A DNA stretch of 64,000 bases from Rhodothermales bacterium (GCA_965116435.1 OZ220686.1:2159184-2223183), one strand, 5' to 3'. Shown: positions 1-10,384, numbered from the stretch's first letter. Notes: a model not told the origin generated them from the letters alone. Numbers and translations: made by a program.

Positions 1-1
1 C

Positions 2-2365
2 GAGGAAGCGTACGCGGATACGCTTGTCGTGCGGCGCGTGGCCTTCCGGGGCAACGACGTGTTCGACACGTCCGTGCTGAGCCGTCGGGTGCGGACGAAA
101 CCGAATCGCCGGGTGGCCCGGATGCTCCCCCTTTGGCTGTGGCTGCATCGCCTCGGAGAGTCCGGGGCCCTTGGGGAACGGCTGAGCAATTCGCTGATCG
201 CGGGCGGCGAGCCGCTTGCCGTGCTCGACATGGATGTGCTTCAGGCCGACCTGGAGCGCCTGCGTCTTTTGTATCGCCAGGAGGGGTTTTTCGAAGCCGA
301 GGTTATTGCCCGGATCGATACGCTCTCCGCGAAGAAAGCGGCGGTTGTGTTCCATGTGACGCCCGGCGCGCCCACCTACATACGGAATGTGCAGTATGCA
401 GGGATCGACCATCTCTCGCCCGAGCAGCATACGCGGCTGGCGCGGGACGCCGTACTGTACGCGGAACCCGTCGATCCAGACCGTCCCTTGCGCCTGCGGG
501 CGCGCAGGCAGCGGTATTCCGAGACGATGCTGCATAGCGAAGCGCGGCGGATACTCACCTTTCTGCGGGACGAGGGCTACGCTGCCGCGACCCGGGACTC
601 TGTCCGCGCGGTGATTTTGTCCGCGTCGCCGGACAGCTTTGACGTGCGCTTCGAAATCGGCACCGGGCTGCGGTATCGCTTTGGAGATGTTTCGTTCGAC
701 ATAACGGGGCCCGAGCCGGAAGTGGCGGAGCGGTCCGAAACGCTTCCGCTGGAGGCCCCTTCGGATTCCGTCGCCAGCGGGACGGCGGCCTTCCGGTTTC
801 GGAACGAAAAGAAACTGTCGTCCGGCTTGCTGGTCCGTACGCTTCAGTTTACTCCAGGGAATTGGTACTCGCAATCGAAGGTGTTGGCTACGCGGCGGCG
901 GCTCGAAGGCACCGGCGTGTTTTTGTTTACCGACATTGTGCCGGAACCCGCCTCCGCAGGCCTCGCGGCCGCCGCGCCGACCTTATTGCATCGCATTTCG
1001 CTGCGTACGAGGGACCGGCATCAGATTCGTTTCGAGCCGTCCGTGTTGCAGCGCGTGGATCCGTTCAACAACTCGGACAAGGAATTGGGCGCGGGGCTTG
1101 CGGTCACGTACGAAAACGCCAACCTGCTGGGACGCGGCGAGACATTTCTTGTCCGGGCGTCCGGGTCCATATCGACCGACTTCGACGATTTCAGCAGTTT
1201 GACCGCATCGCAGGCGGAGATTGCAACCTCCCTTACGATGCCCTATCTCATGCGTCCGTTTCGCGGACTGGACGGTTTGTTTCCGTTATTCGACGTCCGG
1301 ACCCGCCTGTCGCTCAGCCTGCTCCGGGCGCGGCGCGACGATTTCGGACTCATTATCCGGGCGCGCGGCAACGCCCGGTACCGCATTGAACTGGATCATA
1401 ATGCGACCCTCACATCGTTGCTGGACGTACTGGACGTGAGCTTGAGCAATCCCGATACGTTGCGGAATTTCCAAAACGACATTCTGAACAACCTGCTCGA
1501 TCCGGTGTCGGATCCGGTGCAGCAGGCGCAGATTCTGGAGGATTATACGGTGCCGCAAATCAATACGGCCATCCGGTATACGTTGCGCTCGACCAATGTG
1601 AATCCGCTCCGGCGCGACCGGGGACATAGTATGGAGGGATCGATTGCGCTGGGCAACCATCTTCCGTATTTGCTGGACCGTTTTGTCTATTCTCCCGGCG
1701 CTGTGAACGGATATCTTCCGGGCATTGCTTCCGGGACCTCGTCCGACAGGCTTTTGTACCGCCGATACCTGCGTTTTGCAAGCGACTTGCGGTTGTATCA
1801 TGCGATCAATGCGTCCTCTACCCTTGCGCTGAAGTTCATCGGGGGCATTGCGCACCCTCTGGGCGGGTCGGGACAGGTCCCGTTCGGACAGCGCTTCTAC
1901 ATAGGCGGCATATCGAGCGTACGGGGTTGGGACTGGCACGAACTCGGTCCTGGCGGCGCCCGATTCCAGTCGGTGCAGGATTCCGGGGGAGGCACAAACA
2001 TTCTGGGCGGGGACATCAAGCTGGAAGCCTCTGCGGAGTTGCGGCAGTTCCTTTTCCGCGCGTTGCACACGGACTGGATCGGCGTCGTCTTTGTGGACGC
2101 AGGCAATGTGTGGTTCGGCCCGCGCAACCCTGGATTCGGCGGGGATACGCCCGAGAAGCTGGACGGGCGATTCCACGTCGATTCGTTTTATCGCCAGGTA
2201 GGCGTGGGGTCCGGGATCGGGCTTCGGCTGGATTTGCGCTATCTGATTCTTCGGACCGATATAGCCATGAAGGTATACGATCCGCGTCGTCCCGATCTGG
2301 GTATATTCCCTGACGACTTTGGCTCCTGGACCTGGTACCGCCTGGGCCTGGGACATGCTTTTTAA
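2..2365 (+). CDS. Omp85/BamA-family outer-membrane protein (surface antigen D15 type), 5' partial
   Basis: Frame is open to the window edge with no upstream stop, so the N-terminus is missing. POTRA-like N-terminal repeats. C-terminal beta-barrel with alternating hydrophobics ends in GLGHAF (terminal Phe). Confidence 0.7.
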   Translation, partial: EEAYADTLVVRRVAFRGNDVFDTSVLSRRVRTKPNRRVARMLPLWLWLHRLGESGALGERLSNSLIAGGEPLAVLDMDVLQADLERLRLLYRQEGFFEAEVIARIDTLSAKKAAVVFHVTPGAPTYIRNVQYAGIDHLSPEQHTRLARDAVLYAEPVDPDRPLRLRARRQRYSETMLHSEARRILTFLRDEGYAAATRDSVRAVILSASPDSFDVRFEIGTGLRYRFGDVSFDITGPEPEVAERSETLPLEAPSDSVASGTAAFRFRNEKKLSSGLLVRTLQFTPGNWYSQSKVLATRRRLEGTGVFLFTDIVPEPASAGLAAAAPTLLHRISLRTRDRHQIRFEPSVLQRVDPFNNSDKELGAGLAVTYENANLLGRGETFLVRASGSISTDFDDFSSLTASQAEIATSLTMPYLMRPFRGLDGLFPLFDVRTRLSLSLLRARRDDFGLIIRARGNARYRIELDHNATLTSLLDVLDVSLSNPDTLRNFQNDILNNLLDPVSDPVQQAQILEDYTVPQINTAIRYTLRSTNVNPLRRDRGHSMEGSIALGNHLPYLLDRFVYSPGAVNGYLPGIASGTSSDRLLYRRYLRFASDLRLYHAINASSTLALKFIGGIAHPLGGSGQVPFGQRFYIGGISSVRGWDWHELGPGGARFQSVQDSGGGTNILGGDIKLEASAELRQFLFRALHTDWIGVVFVDAGNVWFGPRNPGFGGDTPEKLDGRFHVDSFYRQVGVGSGIGLRLDLRYLILRTDIAMKVYDPRRPDLGIFPDDFGSWTWYRLGLGHAF

Positions 2366-2388
2366 GGATATGCTGGCGAACGCGTCCC

Positions 2389-2448
2389 TTTTTCATCCAT
2401 TTTTACCCTCTTTTTAACCTCTTTCTACTCTTTTTTTACTCACTTTTT
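2389..2448. repeat. Six phased T-tracts (T5,T5,T5,T3,T7,T5) at roughly 11-bp spacing in a polypyrimidine intergenic stretch
   Basis: T runs start at 2389, 2400, 2411, 2422, 2431 and 2444. They lie between the Omp85 stop (2365) and the rlmD start (2472). Confidence 0.6.
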
Positions 2449-2471
2449 CTTCCTGACGGGGAGGCGACCGT

Positions 2472-3875
2472 ATGATAGCGCGCGGAGACTGTATCGAGGC
2501 GGACATTGAAAAATTCGCCGATGGCGGCAAGTCGCTTGCCCGCGTGGACGGGTTCGTGGTGTTCGTGCCCTGGGCGGCGCCGGGGGATCGCGTCCGCGCC
2601 CGCGTGTACAAGAAGAAAAAGAGCTATGCCGAGGCGGCGATAGAGGAGGTGCTGTCGCCGAGCGCGCTGCGCGTTCCGCCGGCGTGCGCCTATTTCGGGT
2701 CCTGCGGCGGATGCCGGTGGCAGCATGTGGAATACCAGGCCCAGCTCGACGCCAAGACGGAAAGCGTGCAGGATGCCCTCGTGCGCGTCGGCGGGTTTGC
2801 GGAGGCGTCGGCGCGCCCGGCCATCGGATCGGCGAAGCGCTATTTCTACCGCAACAAGATGGAGTTTTCGTTCAGCGCGAATCGCTGGCTGACGCGCGCG
2901 GAAATCGATTCGGGCGGTCGCTTCGACACCCGTTTTGCGCTGGGCCTGCATGTTCCGGGGCAGTTTGACAAGGTGCTCGACGTGCACGAATGCCATCTGC
3001 AATCGACCGCCAGCGCCGACATGGTGAACCGGATTCGGGATTTCGTGCAGGAGAAAGGCTGGGCTCCCTGGCACATACGCAAGCATACCGGTTTTTTGCG
3101 GCATCTGGTCATACGGACCGGCGAACGCACGGGCGACGTCATGGTTAATCTCGTGACCAACGGGTTCGATGCGGAGCGCATGGGGGAGATGGCTGCGTTC
3201 CTGCAACAGGATTTCCCGGACGTAACCACCTTCGTCAATACGATCCATACAGGGAAAGCGCAAACGGCGTTTGGCGAACGGATCGAAACCGTGTTTGGGC
3301 CGGGCGTCATTCGCGACCGGATCGGGCCGCATACGTTCGAGATTGCGCCGAACTCCTTTTTTCAAACCAATACGGCCCAGGCCGAGCAGTTGTACGAGAC
3401 GGTGCGCGATTTCGCCGACCTGCAGCCGGAGGACAGGGTCTACGATTTGTATTGCGGCGCGGGGACCATCTCCATCTTTGTGGCGGACGCCGTGCGGTGC
3501 GTGACGGGCGTCGAACTCATCGAAGAAGCGGTTCGGAATGCGCGCGCAAACGCCCGGACCAATGGCGTGGACAATTGCACGTTCGTACAGGGAGATATGG
3601 CGACCGTGTTCGACGACGATTTCGCGGCGCGGTACGGGGCGGCGGATGTGTTGCTCGTCGATCCGCCCCGGGCGGGCCTGCACCCGAAAGTGGTCGAGCA
3701 GATCGGCGCTTCGGGGCCCGAACGATTCGTGTACGCAAGTTGCAACCCGAGGACGCAGGCGCGCGATCTGGGTTTATTGCGGGATGCGTATCGCATTGAG
3801 GCGGTGCAGCCCGTCGATCTGTTTCCGCACACGCCCCACATCGAGAGCGTGGTCAAACTGCGCCGGAAAACATAG
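2472..3875 (+). CDS. rlmD: 23S rRNA (uracil-C5)-methyltransferase, RumA/RlmD family (TRAM + Fe-S + SAM MTase)
   Basis: TRAM-like N-terminus. Cys cluster CAYFGSCGGC. SAM motif VYDLYCGAGTISIF. LLVDPPRAG motif. Nucleophile motif YASCNP. Confidence 0.8.
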   Translation: MIARGDCIEADIEKFADGGKSLARVDGFVVFVPWAAPGDRVRARVYKKKKSYAEAAIEEVLSPSALRVPPACAYFGSCGGCRWQHVEYQAQLDAKTESVQDALVRVGGFAEASARPAIGSAKRYFYRNKMEFSFSANRWLTRAEIDSGGRFDTRFALGLHVPGQFDKVLDVHECHLQSTASADMVNRIRDFVQEKGWAPWHIRKHTGFLRHLVIRTGERTGDVMVNLVTNGFDAERMGEMAAFLQQDFPDVTTFVNTIHTGKAQTAFGERIETVFGPGVIRDRIGPHTFEIAPNSFFQTNTAQAEQLYETVRDFADLQPEDRVYDLYCGAGTISIFVADAVRCVTGVELIEEAVRNARANARTNGVDNCTFVQGDMATVFDDDFAARYGAADVLLVDPPRAGLHPKVVEQIGASGPERFVYASCNPRTQARDLGLLRDAYRIEAVQPVDLFPHTPHIESVVKLRRKT

Positions 3876-3906
3876 GATTGCACCCGGATTTCGTATTCTG
3901 TTCGCT

Positions 3907-4914
3907 ATGGAAAAGGCATTCGTTACCGGCGGCACGGGTTTTATAGGAAGCCACCTGGTCGAGGCGCTGCTTCGCCGGGGACTTGGCGAGGTGCGGTGTC
4001 TGGTTCGCACCCGGCGCAAGTGGCTCGAGGGGCTTCCGATCCGCGAGGTGCGCGGCGATTTGTTCGACGAGGCGCTTGTCGCCGACGCCGTGCGCGACGT
4101 GGACTATGTGTATCATAACGGCGGCGTTACGCGCGCCCGGGACGATGCGGTTTTTCAGCAGGCGAACGTAGAGGCGACGCTGCGCTTGATGGAGACGCTG
4201 GCCCGCGTCAATCCGGGCGTGCGGCGCGTGGTGGTCACCAGTTCGCTTGCGGTCGTCGGGCGCTCCGCCGACCCCGTAGCCACGGAAGAAAGTCCCATGC
4301 AGCCCCTGAGCAGGTATGGCGCAAGCAAGGCACGCATGGAGGAGGCCTTGTCTGCGTGGCGGGATCGGCTCCCCATCGCCATCGTGCGGCCCTCCACCGT
4401 GTATGGCCCGAGAGAAGCGGACCTGTACGCATTTTTCCGGATGGCGAACATGGGTTTTTGCCCGGTCGTCGGCGATACCCGCGAGCCCGCGATGAGCCTG
4501 GTCCACGCCCGCGATCTGGTGCGCGGAATGATTGCGGCGGCGGAGACGCCGGGCGTGGCGGGCGAAACGTTTTTTCTGGGCGGCGAGGCGTTGTATTCCT
4601 GGCGCGACCTCAAGGAAGCCGCAGCGGCGGCCCTGGGCCGAAACGCACTGACCGTACCCGTGCCGCCGCCGCTCGTCAGCCTGTCGGGCGCCCTCGTGGA
4701 AGGCGTGTTCCGGCTGTGGGGATCGCTTCCGCCGTTTCATCGGGAGAAGGCTCGGGAAATCCGGTATGCCTGCAAGATGTGCTCCATAGACAAGGCCCGG
4801 CGGCTTCTCGAGTATCGCCCCGCCCTGTCGTTGAAGGAGGGCGTGGCGGATACGATCGCGTGGTATCGCGCGCAGGGGTGGTTGCCGCCTGCCGGGAGGC
4901 CCCGGGAATCCTGA
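3907..4914 (+). CDS. NAD-dependent epimerase/dehydratase (extended SDR)
   Basis: Internal ATG at 3907 gives MEKAFVTGGTGFIGSHLV (Rossmann GxxGxxG). YGASK matches the YxxxK catalytic motif. The longer ORF from 3538 would overlap rlmD. Confidence 0.8.
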   Translation: MEKAFVTGGTGFIGSHLVEALLRRGLGEVRCLVRTRRKWLEGLPIREVRGDLFDEALVADAVRDVDYVYHNGGVTRARDDAVFQQANVEATLRLMETLARVNPGVRRVVVTSSLAVVGRSADPVATEESPMQPLSRYGASKARMEEALSAWRDRLPIAIVRPSTVYGPREADLYAFFRMANMGFCPVVGDTREPAMSLVHARDLVRGMIAAAETPGVAGETFFLGGEALYSWRDLKEAAAAALGRNALTVPVPPPLVSLSGALVEGVFRLWGSLPPFHREKAREIRYACKMCSIDKARRLLEYRPALSLKEGVADTIAWYRAQGWLPPAGRPRES

Positions 4915-5022
4915 ACATCGTAAGAAATGCCTTCCGGCGCCGCAGAGAGAACCGATTCCAGGCGGTATCGTTGACGGTACGGAAGGCCGTATTCACACCC
5001 ATTTTGCACAGGGTCCAAAAGC

Positions 5023-8000
5023 ATGAGCGCGCTTGGTTTCAATACGGGATACATCGAGAATCTGTATCACCAATATCTTGAAGATCCGGAAAGCGTTTCC
5101 GAGGCTTGGCGGGAATTCTTTGCGGACTATACCCCCGACGAGCCGTTTCGGGCTGTTGCCGCGGCGCGGCAGGTGTCTGCGCCCTCTCCCGACGAGGTCG
5201 TTGTAGCGCCGTCCCCCGAGCAGGGAGACGGGGTGGCGCCCGCGGAGGAAACGCCGGCGGCGCCTCCTCCGAAGGCCCGGGGCCGGGCGCCCAAAGATGC
5301 GATTCGGGGCGCGCAAGCGAAAATCGCCGAAAATATGGAGGCGAGCCTGGGCATTCCCACGGCTACGTCCATGCGGACCGTTCCGGTCAAGTTGATGATT
5401 GAGAATCGCCTCCTCATCAATGCGTATCAGCAGCACCAGGGCGGGGAGAAAGTTTCGTTTACCCACCTGATCATGTGGGCGCTCGTCAAGGCGCTGGCCC
5501 GGTTCCCCAACATGAATTCGACCTTTCTGCGCGAGGAGGGGGTGTCCCGGCACATTGCCCCGGAAAAGGTCAATCTTGGCCTGGCCATCGATATCGAACG
5601 AAGAGGTCGGCGGACCTTGCTCGTGCCCAATATCAAGGGTGCAGAGCGGATGAGTTTCCCCCAGCTCATGGGCATCTACAACGACATTATCCGGCGCGCC
5701 CGGAAGGGCAAGCTGGGCGTTGCGGATTTCGAAGGCACCACCGCTACGCTCACCAATCCGGGCATGATCGGCACCAGCATGAGCGTGGCGCGGCTTATGC
5801 CGGGCCAGGGCGTGATCATTGGCGCCGGCGCCATAGGATATCCCCCGGAATACCATTCCTATCCGCCCGAAGCGGTCAGCAAGGCCGGTATTTCTCCGGT
5901 GATGAATCTTACCTCCACGTACGATCACCGCATTATTCAGGGCGCCGAAAGCGGGGCGTTTCTGCGGTACGTCGCCGACGCCTTGCTGGGCAAGCACGAA
6001 TTCTATCAGCAGATTTTCGAGCAGCTGCACATACCCTATCAGCCCTACGAGCTGTCTACGGACACGACCCCCCAGATTGGCGGAGGAGGGCCCGGGGACC
6101 GCGTCGATATGATCGAGAAGCAGGCGCGCGTCCTGCAATTTGTTCGTGAGCATCGGGTGCGCGGACATTTGCAGGCGGACATCAACCCGTTGGGCTACAA
6201 CTGGATGTATCACCCCGAACTGGATCCCTTCTGGTACGAGTTGACGATCTGGGATCTGGATCGGGAATTCCTGACGGGCGGGCTGGGCGGCCGGGACGTG
6301 TTGCCGCTGCGCGAGATTGTGGAGATCGTGCGGAATACCTATTGCCGCAAGATCGGCATCGAGTATATGCACATCTCGAGCCCCACGGAAAAGCGGTGGC
6401 TTCAGGATCGGCTGGAGCCCACCGGACGCGAGGAGCCGGTAAGCCCCGATGCCAAACGGCGCATTCTTCAGAAACTGAACGCGGCGGAGGCGTTCGAGCG
6501 GTTCCTGCATACGAAATACATAGGCCACAAGCGGTTTTCGCTGGAGGGGGCCGAGTCGGTCATTCCGATGATCGACGCCATGTTGTCGGAGGCGGCGGAC
6601 CACGACGTGAAGGAAGTGGTGATTGGCATGGCGCACCGGGGGCGCCTGAACATTCTTGCGAACATTCTGGACAAGCCCTACGAAGCGATCTTCTCCGAAT
6701 TCGAGGGGAACATCGATCCCTCCACGACGCAGGGTTCGGGCGACGTGAAGTACCATGTGGGGGCGCATGGGGAGCATACGTCGCCTGCCGGCGCGAGCGT
6801 GAAACTCATGCTGGCCTCCAATCCGAGCCATCTGGAGGCGGTCAATCCGATTGTGGAAGGAATGGTGCGCGCCCGGCAGGACTTGCTGCAATACGGCGAG
6901 ACGGGTTTGCTTGAGGCGGAGTCCTGCGATGTGGTTATTCCGCTGCTGATTCACGGCGACGCCGCCTTTGCCGGACAAGGCGTGGTCACCGAAACGCTTA
7001 ACCTGAGCCAGCTGGCCGGATACAAGACCGGCGGCACGATTCATATCGTGATCAACAACCAGATCGGCTTTACGACGTCGCCTGCGGACGCCCGCAGTTC
7101 AACGTATGCGACGGATGCGGCCCGCACGATACAGGCGCCCATTTTTCATGTGAACGGGGACGACCCGGAGGCCTGCGTGCGCGTGGTGAAACTCGCGCTC
7201 GAATACCGAAACGCGTTCAACAAGGATGTCGTCATCGACATGCTGTGCTATCGCGTGCGCGGACATAACGAGGGCGACGAACCGACCTACACCCAGCCGT
7301 TGCTTTACCGGAAGATCGAGGAGAAACGCTCGCCCCGAAAATTGTATACGGAATTGCTCCTGCGCCGCGGAGAAATGGATCCCGAAGAGGCGGAAGAGAT
7401 TTTGCGGGACTATCGGGACCGGTTGCAGGACGCGTTCGATCAGACGACCTCCATGGACGCGGCGCGGGCCAAGAATCTTGCTGCTGCGATGGCGGCGCCC
7501 GCCCCGCTGTCGTTCGAGGAGCCGGACACCGCGGCGCCGGAGGAAAACCTGCACGCCGTGGCCCACGCCATGGCGGATTTCCCGGAGACGGTGCGGGTGC
7601 ACAAGAAGCTGGTGCGCCAGTTTCAGCGCAACAAGGCCTTGTACCTCGACAAGCAGCAAGTCGGCTGGGCGTATGCCGAAGCGCTGGCGTTCGGATCGTT
7701 GCTTCTGGAGGGGACGACGGTCCGGCTAAGCGGCCAGGATTCGTGTCGGGCCACGTTCAGCCAGCGCCATGCGGTGCTCTACGACCAGCAAACGGGGCGG
7801 GAATATATCCCGCTGAACAACATCCGGGAGGGCCAGGCGAACCTCCACATTTACGATTCGCTGCTCTCCGAATATGCGGTGCTGGGTTTCGAATACGGCT
7901 ACTCCGTGGCCGATCCGTCTGCGCTTGTGATCTGGGAAGCGCAGTTTGGGGATTTCGCCAACGGCGCCCAGATCGTGTTCGATCAGTTCCTTGCGGCGGC

Positions 8001-8727
8001 GGAGGCGAAATGGGCACAGCAGAGTAGCCTGGTTGCGCTGCTTCCGCATGGATGGGAAGGGCAGGGCCCCGAACACTCGTCCGCGCGCCTCGAGCGTTTC
8101 TTGCAGATGTGCGCCGAGGAGAACATGATCGTATGCAACATTACGACCCCGGCGAATTATTTCCATGCGCTCAGGCGGCAGGCGCGCTGGTCCGACCGCA
8201 AACCGCTGATCGTGATGGCTCCCAAGAGTTTGCTCCGCCATCCGCTGTTCGTCTCGCCCGCGTCGGAGCTGGTCGAGGGACGATTCCGGAAGGTGATTCC
8301 GTCCGACGCGGATCCGCATGCCGTGCGGCGCCATGTGCTGTGCACGGGCAAGGTGTACTACGACCTGATCCAGGCGCTTCGAAAGAAGGAGGATACGTCC
8401 ATCGCCATTACCCGGATCGAGCAGCACTATCCGTTCCCCGAAGAAGAGGTGCTGGACGAACTGGTGCGGTACGGAGACGCCACAGAGGTATGCTGGGTGC
8501 AGGAAGAACCCGCCAACATGGGCGCATGGACCTACATGCAATCCCGCATAGATGCGTTGCTCGGCAAGGTCAGCCGCGTGGGACACGGGCGTACGGCCTA
8601 TGTCGGACGCCCGGGCAGCGCAAGCCCTGCGACGGGCAGCGCGGAAATGCACAAAGCCGAAACCGAACACATTATTGGCGCAGTGCTGGGAAGATCCCGC
8701 CTGCCTGCCTGGGAACCGTTTCGGTAA
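5023..8727 (+). CDS. sucA: 2-oxoglutarate dehydrogenase E1 fused to an N-terminal E2-type acyltransferase catalytic domain (Kgd/OdhA-like architecture)
   Basis: SucA-type N-terminus (NTGYIENLYHQYLEDPESV). Then an acyltransferase catalytic domain (STYDHRIIQGAESG). Then an E1o TPP domain (HGDAAFAGQGVV, GHNEGDEP). 1234 aa, no lipoyl domain seen. Confidence 0.85.
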   Translation: MSALGFNTGYIENLYHQYLEDPESVSEAWREFFADYTPDEPFRAVAAARQVSAPSPDEVVVAPSPEQGDGVAPAEETPAAPPPKARGRAPKDAIRGAQAKIAENMEASLGIPTATSMRTVPVKLMIENRLLINAYQQHQGGEKVSFTHLIMWALVKALARFPNMNSTFLREEGVSRHIAPEKVNLGLAIDIERRGRRTLLVPNIKGAERMSFPQLMGIYNDIIRRARKGKLGVADFEGTTATLTNPGMIGTSMSVARLMPGQGVIIGAGAIGYPPEYHSYPPEAVSKAGISPVMNLTSTYDHRIIQGAESGAFLRYVADALLGKHEFYQQIFEQLHIPYQPYELSTDTTPQIGGGGPGDRVDMIEKQARVLQFVREHRVRGHLQADINPLGYNWMYHPELDPFWYELTIWDLDREFLTGGLGGRDVLPLREIVEIVRNTYCRKIGIEYMHISSPTEKRWLQDRLEPTGREEPVSPDAKRRILQKLNAAEAFERFLHTKYIGHKRFSLEGAESVIPMIDAMLSEAADHDVKEVVIGMAHRGRLNILANILDKPYEAIFSEFEGNIDPSTTQGSGDVKYHVGAHGEHTSPAGASVKLMLASNPSHLEAVNPIVEGMVRARQDLLQYGETGLLEAESCDVVIPLLIHGDAAFAGQGVVTETLNLSQLAGYKTGGTIHIVINNQIGFTTSPADARSSTYATDAARTIQAPIFHVNGDDPEACVRVVKLALEYRNAFNKDVVIDMLCYRVRGHNEGDEPTYTQPLLYRKIEEKRSPRKLYTELLLRRGEMDPEEAEEILRDYRDRLQDAFDQTTSMDAARAKNLAAAMAAPAPLSFEEPDTAAPEENLHAVAHAMADFPETVRVHKKLVRQFQRNKALYLDKQQVGWAYAEALAFGSLLLEGTTVRLSGQDSCRATFSQRHAVLYDQQTGREYIPLNNIREGQANLHIYDSLLSEYAVLGFEYGYSVADPSALVIWEAQFGDFANGAQIVFDQFLAAAEAKWAQQSSLVALLPHGWEGQGPEHSSARLERFLQMCAEENMIVCNITTPANYFHALRRQARWSDRKPLIVMAPKSLLRHPLFVSPASELVEGRFRKVIPSDADPHAVRRHVLCTGKVYYDLIQALRKKEDTSIAITRIEQHYPFPEEEVLDELVRYGDATEVCWVQEEPANMGAWTYMQSRIDALLGKVSRVGHGRTAYVGRPGSASPATGSAEMHKAETEHIIGAVLGRSRLPAWEPFR

Positions 8728-8758
8728 ATGCCCGGGACAACCCGTGCGCCGGGCGGAT

Positions 8759-8953
8759 TTAGTGCCTTCTGGAATGTTTTCTGGACATGCGATGCGATTT
8801 CTCGCGAGCGAGCCGCCGCTCTTCAGAGGGCTTCGTGAACGCCATATTCGCGCGATAGACGCGCAGAACGCGGCTGCGGTTCACGGCCCGCTTGAAACGG
8901 CGCAGGGCGCGATCGATGGATTCGCTGTCTCGAACCTTGACTCCTACGGACAA
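8759..8953 (-). CDS. rpsU: 30S ribosomal protein S21
   Basis: 64 aa, basic. VRDSESIDRALRRFKR ... KPSEERRLAREK is typical of S21. Confidence 0.9.
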   Translation of the reverse strand: MSVGVKVRDSESIDRALRRFKRAVNRSRVLRVYRANMAFTKPSEERRLAREKSHRMSRKHSRRH

Positions 8954-9268
8954 GATGATGCTCCTTTCGTATCGGAATGAATGAATGGACGGGCGGCCAA
9001 AGAGTGGCCGGCGCTCGCCGGGTGGGTTTACCGTTTTTTCGGTAGCATACTAAAACCGCAATAGCGTGGGCCTTGTTCCCATCCTGATTCCAGACCAGAA
9101 AACGAGAGGCGGTCCAGGTTGATCCGCGCATCCTGAACTTTTGGGACTGAATCCGGGTACCTCTTGCGCGAACGGTCCGAATTCAGGAAAGTACTTTTCC
9201 GGATCGTTTTTGACCCTATACATTCTATACGGGGCTTATATACATTCGGGACAAGGCGCCGCGCTGCC

Positions 9269-9853
9269 ATGACACTTCTTCTTTCCACCAGAAATCCGGG
9301 CAAGATTGCGGAGATGCGTCTGCTTCTGGCGGATTTGCCGATTGCGCTGCGCCCGGTTTCGGAAATGGCGGGGGCGCCGCTCGTGGAGGAGGACGCCGAC
9401 ACGCTGGCGGGCAATGCGCGCAAGAAAGCGAAAGCGCTCTATGCCTTCGCCGGGTTGCCTGCCCTCGCGGACGATACCGGACTGGAAGTGGATGCGCTGG
9501 GCGGTTTGCCCGGCGTGCGTTCCGCCCGGTTCGCTGGCCCGAACGCCGACGACGCGGCGAACCGCCGCAAACTCCTTGCCGACCTGCAGGGCGTTCGGGA
9601 CCGCACTGCCCGGTTTCGCACGGTGGTCGCGCTGGCGGACGAGGCGGGCGTGCGTTTCTTCGAAGGGGTGTGCGAGGGCGCGATTCTGGACGAAGAGCGG
9701 GGGAGCAAGGGGTTTGGCTACGATCGTATTTTCGTCCCGGACGGCAGCGACCGGACGTTTGCGGAATGGAGCGCCCGCGAAAAGAACGCGATAAGCCACC
9801 GCGGCGCAGCGCTCCGGCAGTTGGCGGATTATCTTCAAGATCGGTTGGGGTAA
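9269..9853 (+). CDS. rdgB: dITP/XTP pyrophosphatase (Ham1/RdgB family)
   Basis: Internal ATG at 9269 gives MTLLLSTRNPGKIAEM. FGYDRIF and SHRG motifs are present. Confidence 0.85.
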   Translation: MTLLLSTRNPGKIAEMRLLLADLPIALRPVSEMAGAPLVEEDADTLAGNARKKAKALYAFAGLPALADDTGLEVDALGGLPGVRSARFAGPNADDAANRRKLLADLQGVRDRTARFRTVVALADEAGVRFFEGVCEGAILDEERGSKGFGYDRIFVPDGSDRTFAEWSAREKNAISHRGAALRQLADYLQDRLG

Positions 9854-9931
9854 AGGATGCGCCGGCACAGGATGCGCCCACCAAATTCCCGTCGCGCAGC
9901 ACGTTACTTTCGCGGGTAAAGGCAGAACAAC

Positions 9932-10384
9932 ATGGTTGCATTGATTCAACGGGTGCGGGAGGCGTCGGTCGAAGTGGAGGGCGCGGAAGTCGGGCGCATA
10001 GGCCCGGGCATGCTCATTCTGTTTGGGGCGCACCGCACGGATACGGAAGCGGAGCTGGACTGGCTGGTCGGGAAGTGCGCCCGCCTGCGAATCTTTTCAG
10101 ACGACGAGGGCCGGATGAACCGTTCCATCGGCGATGTTGGGGGCGGCGTGCTGGTTGTGTCGCAATTCACCTTGTACGGGGATGTGCGGCGCGGCAACCG
10201 GCCTTCTTTCGTGGATGCGGCCCCTCCCGAACAGGCCGAAGCGCTGTACGATGCATTCGTCAAGCGGCTGTCCGCGCAACTGGCCTCTCCGGTCCAGACC
10301 GGCATATTCGGCGCAACGATGCAGGTGCACCTGTCAAACGACGGCCCCGTAACGCTGTGGGTGGAGCGGCGGCAGGGGGGATGA
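9932..10384 (+). CDS. dtd: D-aminoacyl-tRNA deacylase
   Basis: 150 aa with [14 protein letters not shown] and NDGPVT motifs. Confidence 0.9.
   Translation: MVALIQRVREASVEVEGAEVGRIGPGMLILFGAHRTDTEAELDWLVGKCARLRIFSDDEGRMNRSIGDVGGGVLVVSQFTLYGDVRRGNRPSFVDAAPPEQAEALYDAFVKRLSAQLASPVQTGIFGATMQVHLSNDGPVTLWVERRQGG

Noticed and set aside
3538-3906. N-terminal 123-codon extension of the epimerase ORF
   Set aside because: It overlaps the 3' third of rlmD in another frame. The Rossmann motif begins right after the internal ATG at 3907.
4993-7044. 683-aa minus-strand ORF
   Set aside because: It is antisense to the sucA/kgd gene, which has unmistakable motifs. The product is R/G/H/P-rich low-complexity sequence typical of spurious ORFs in GC-rich DNA.
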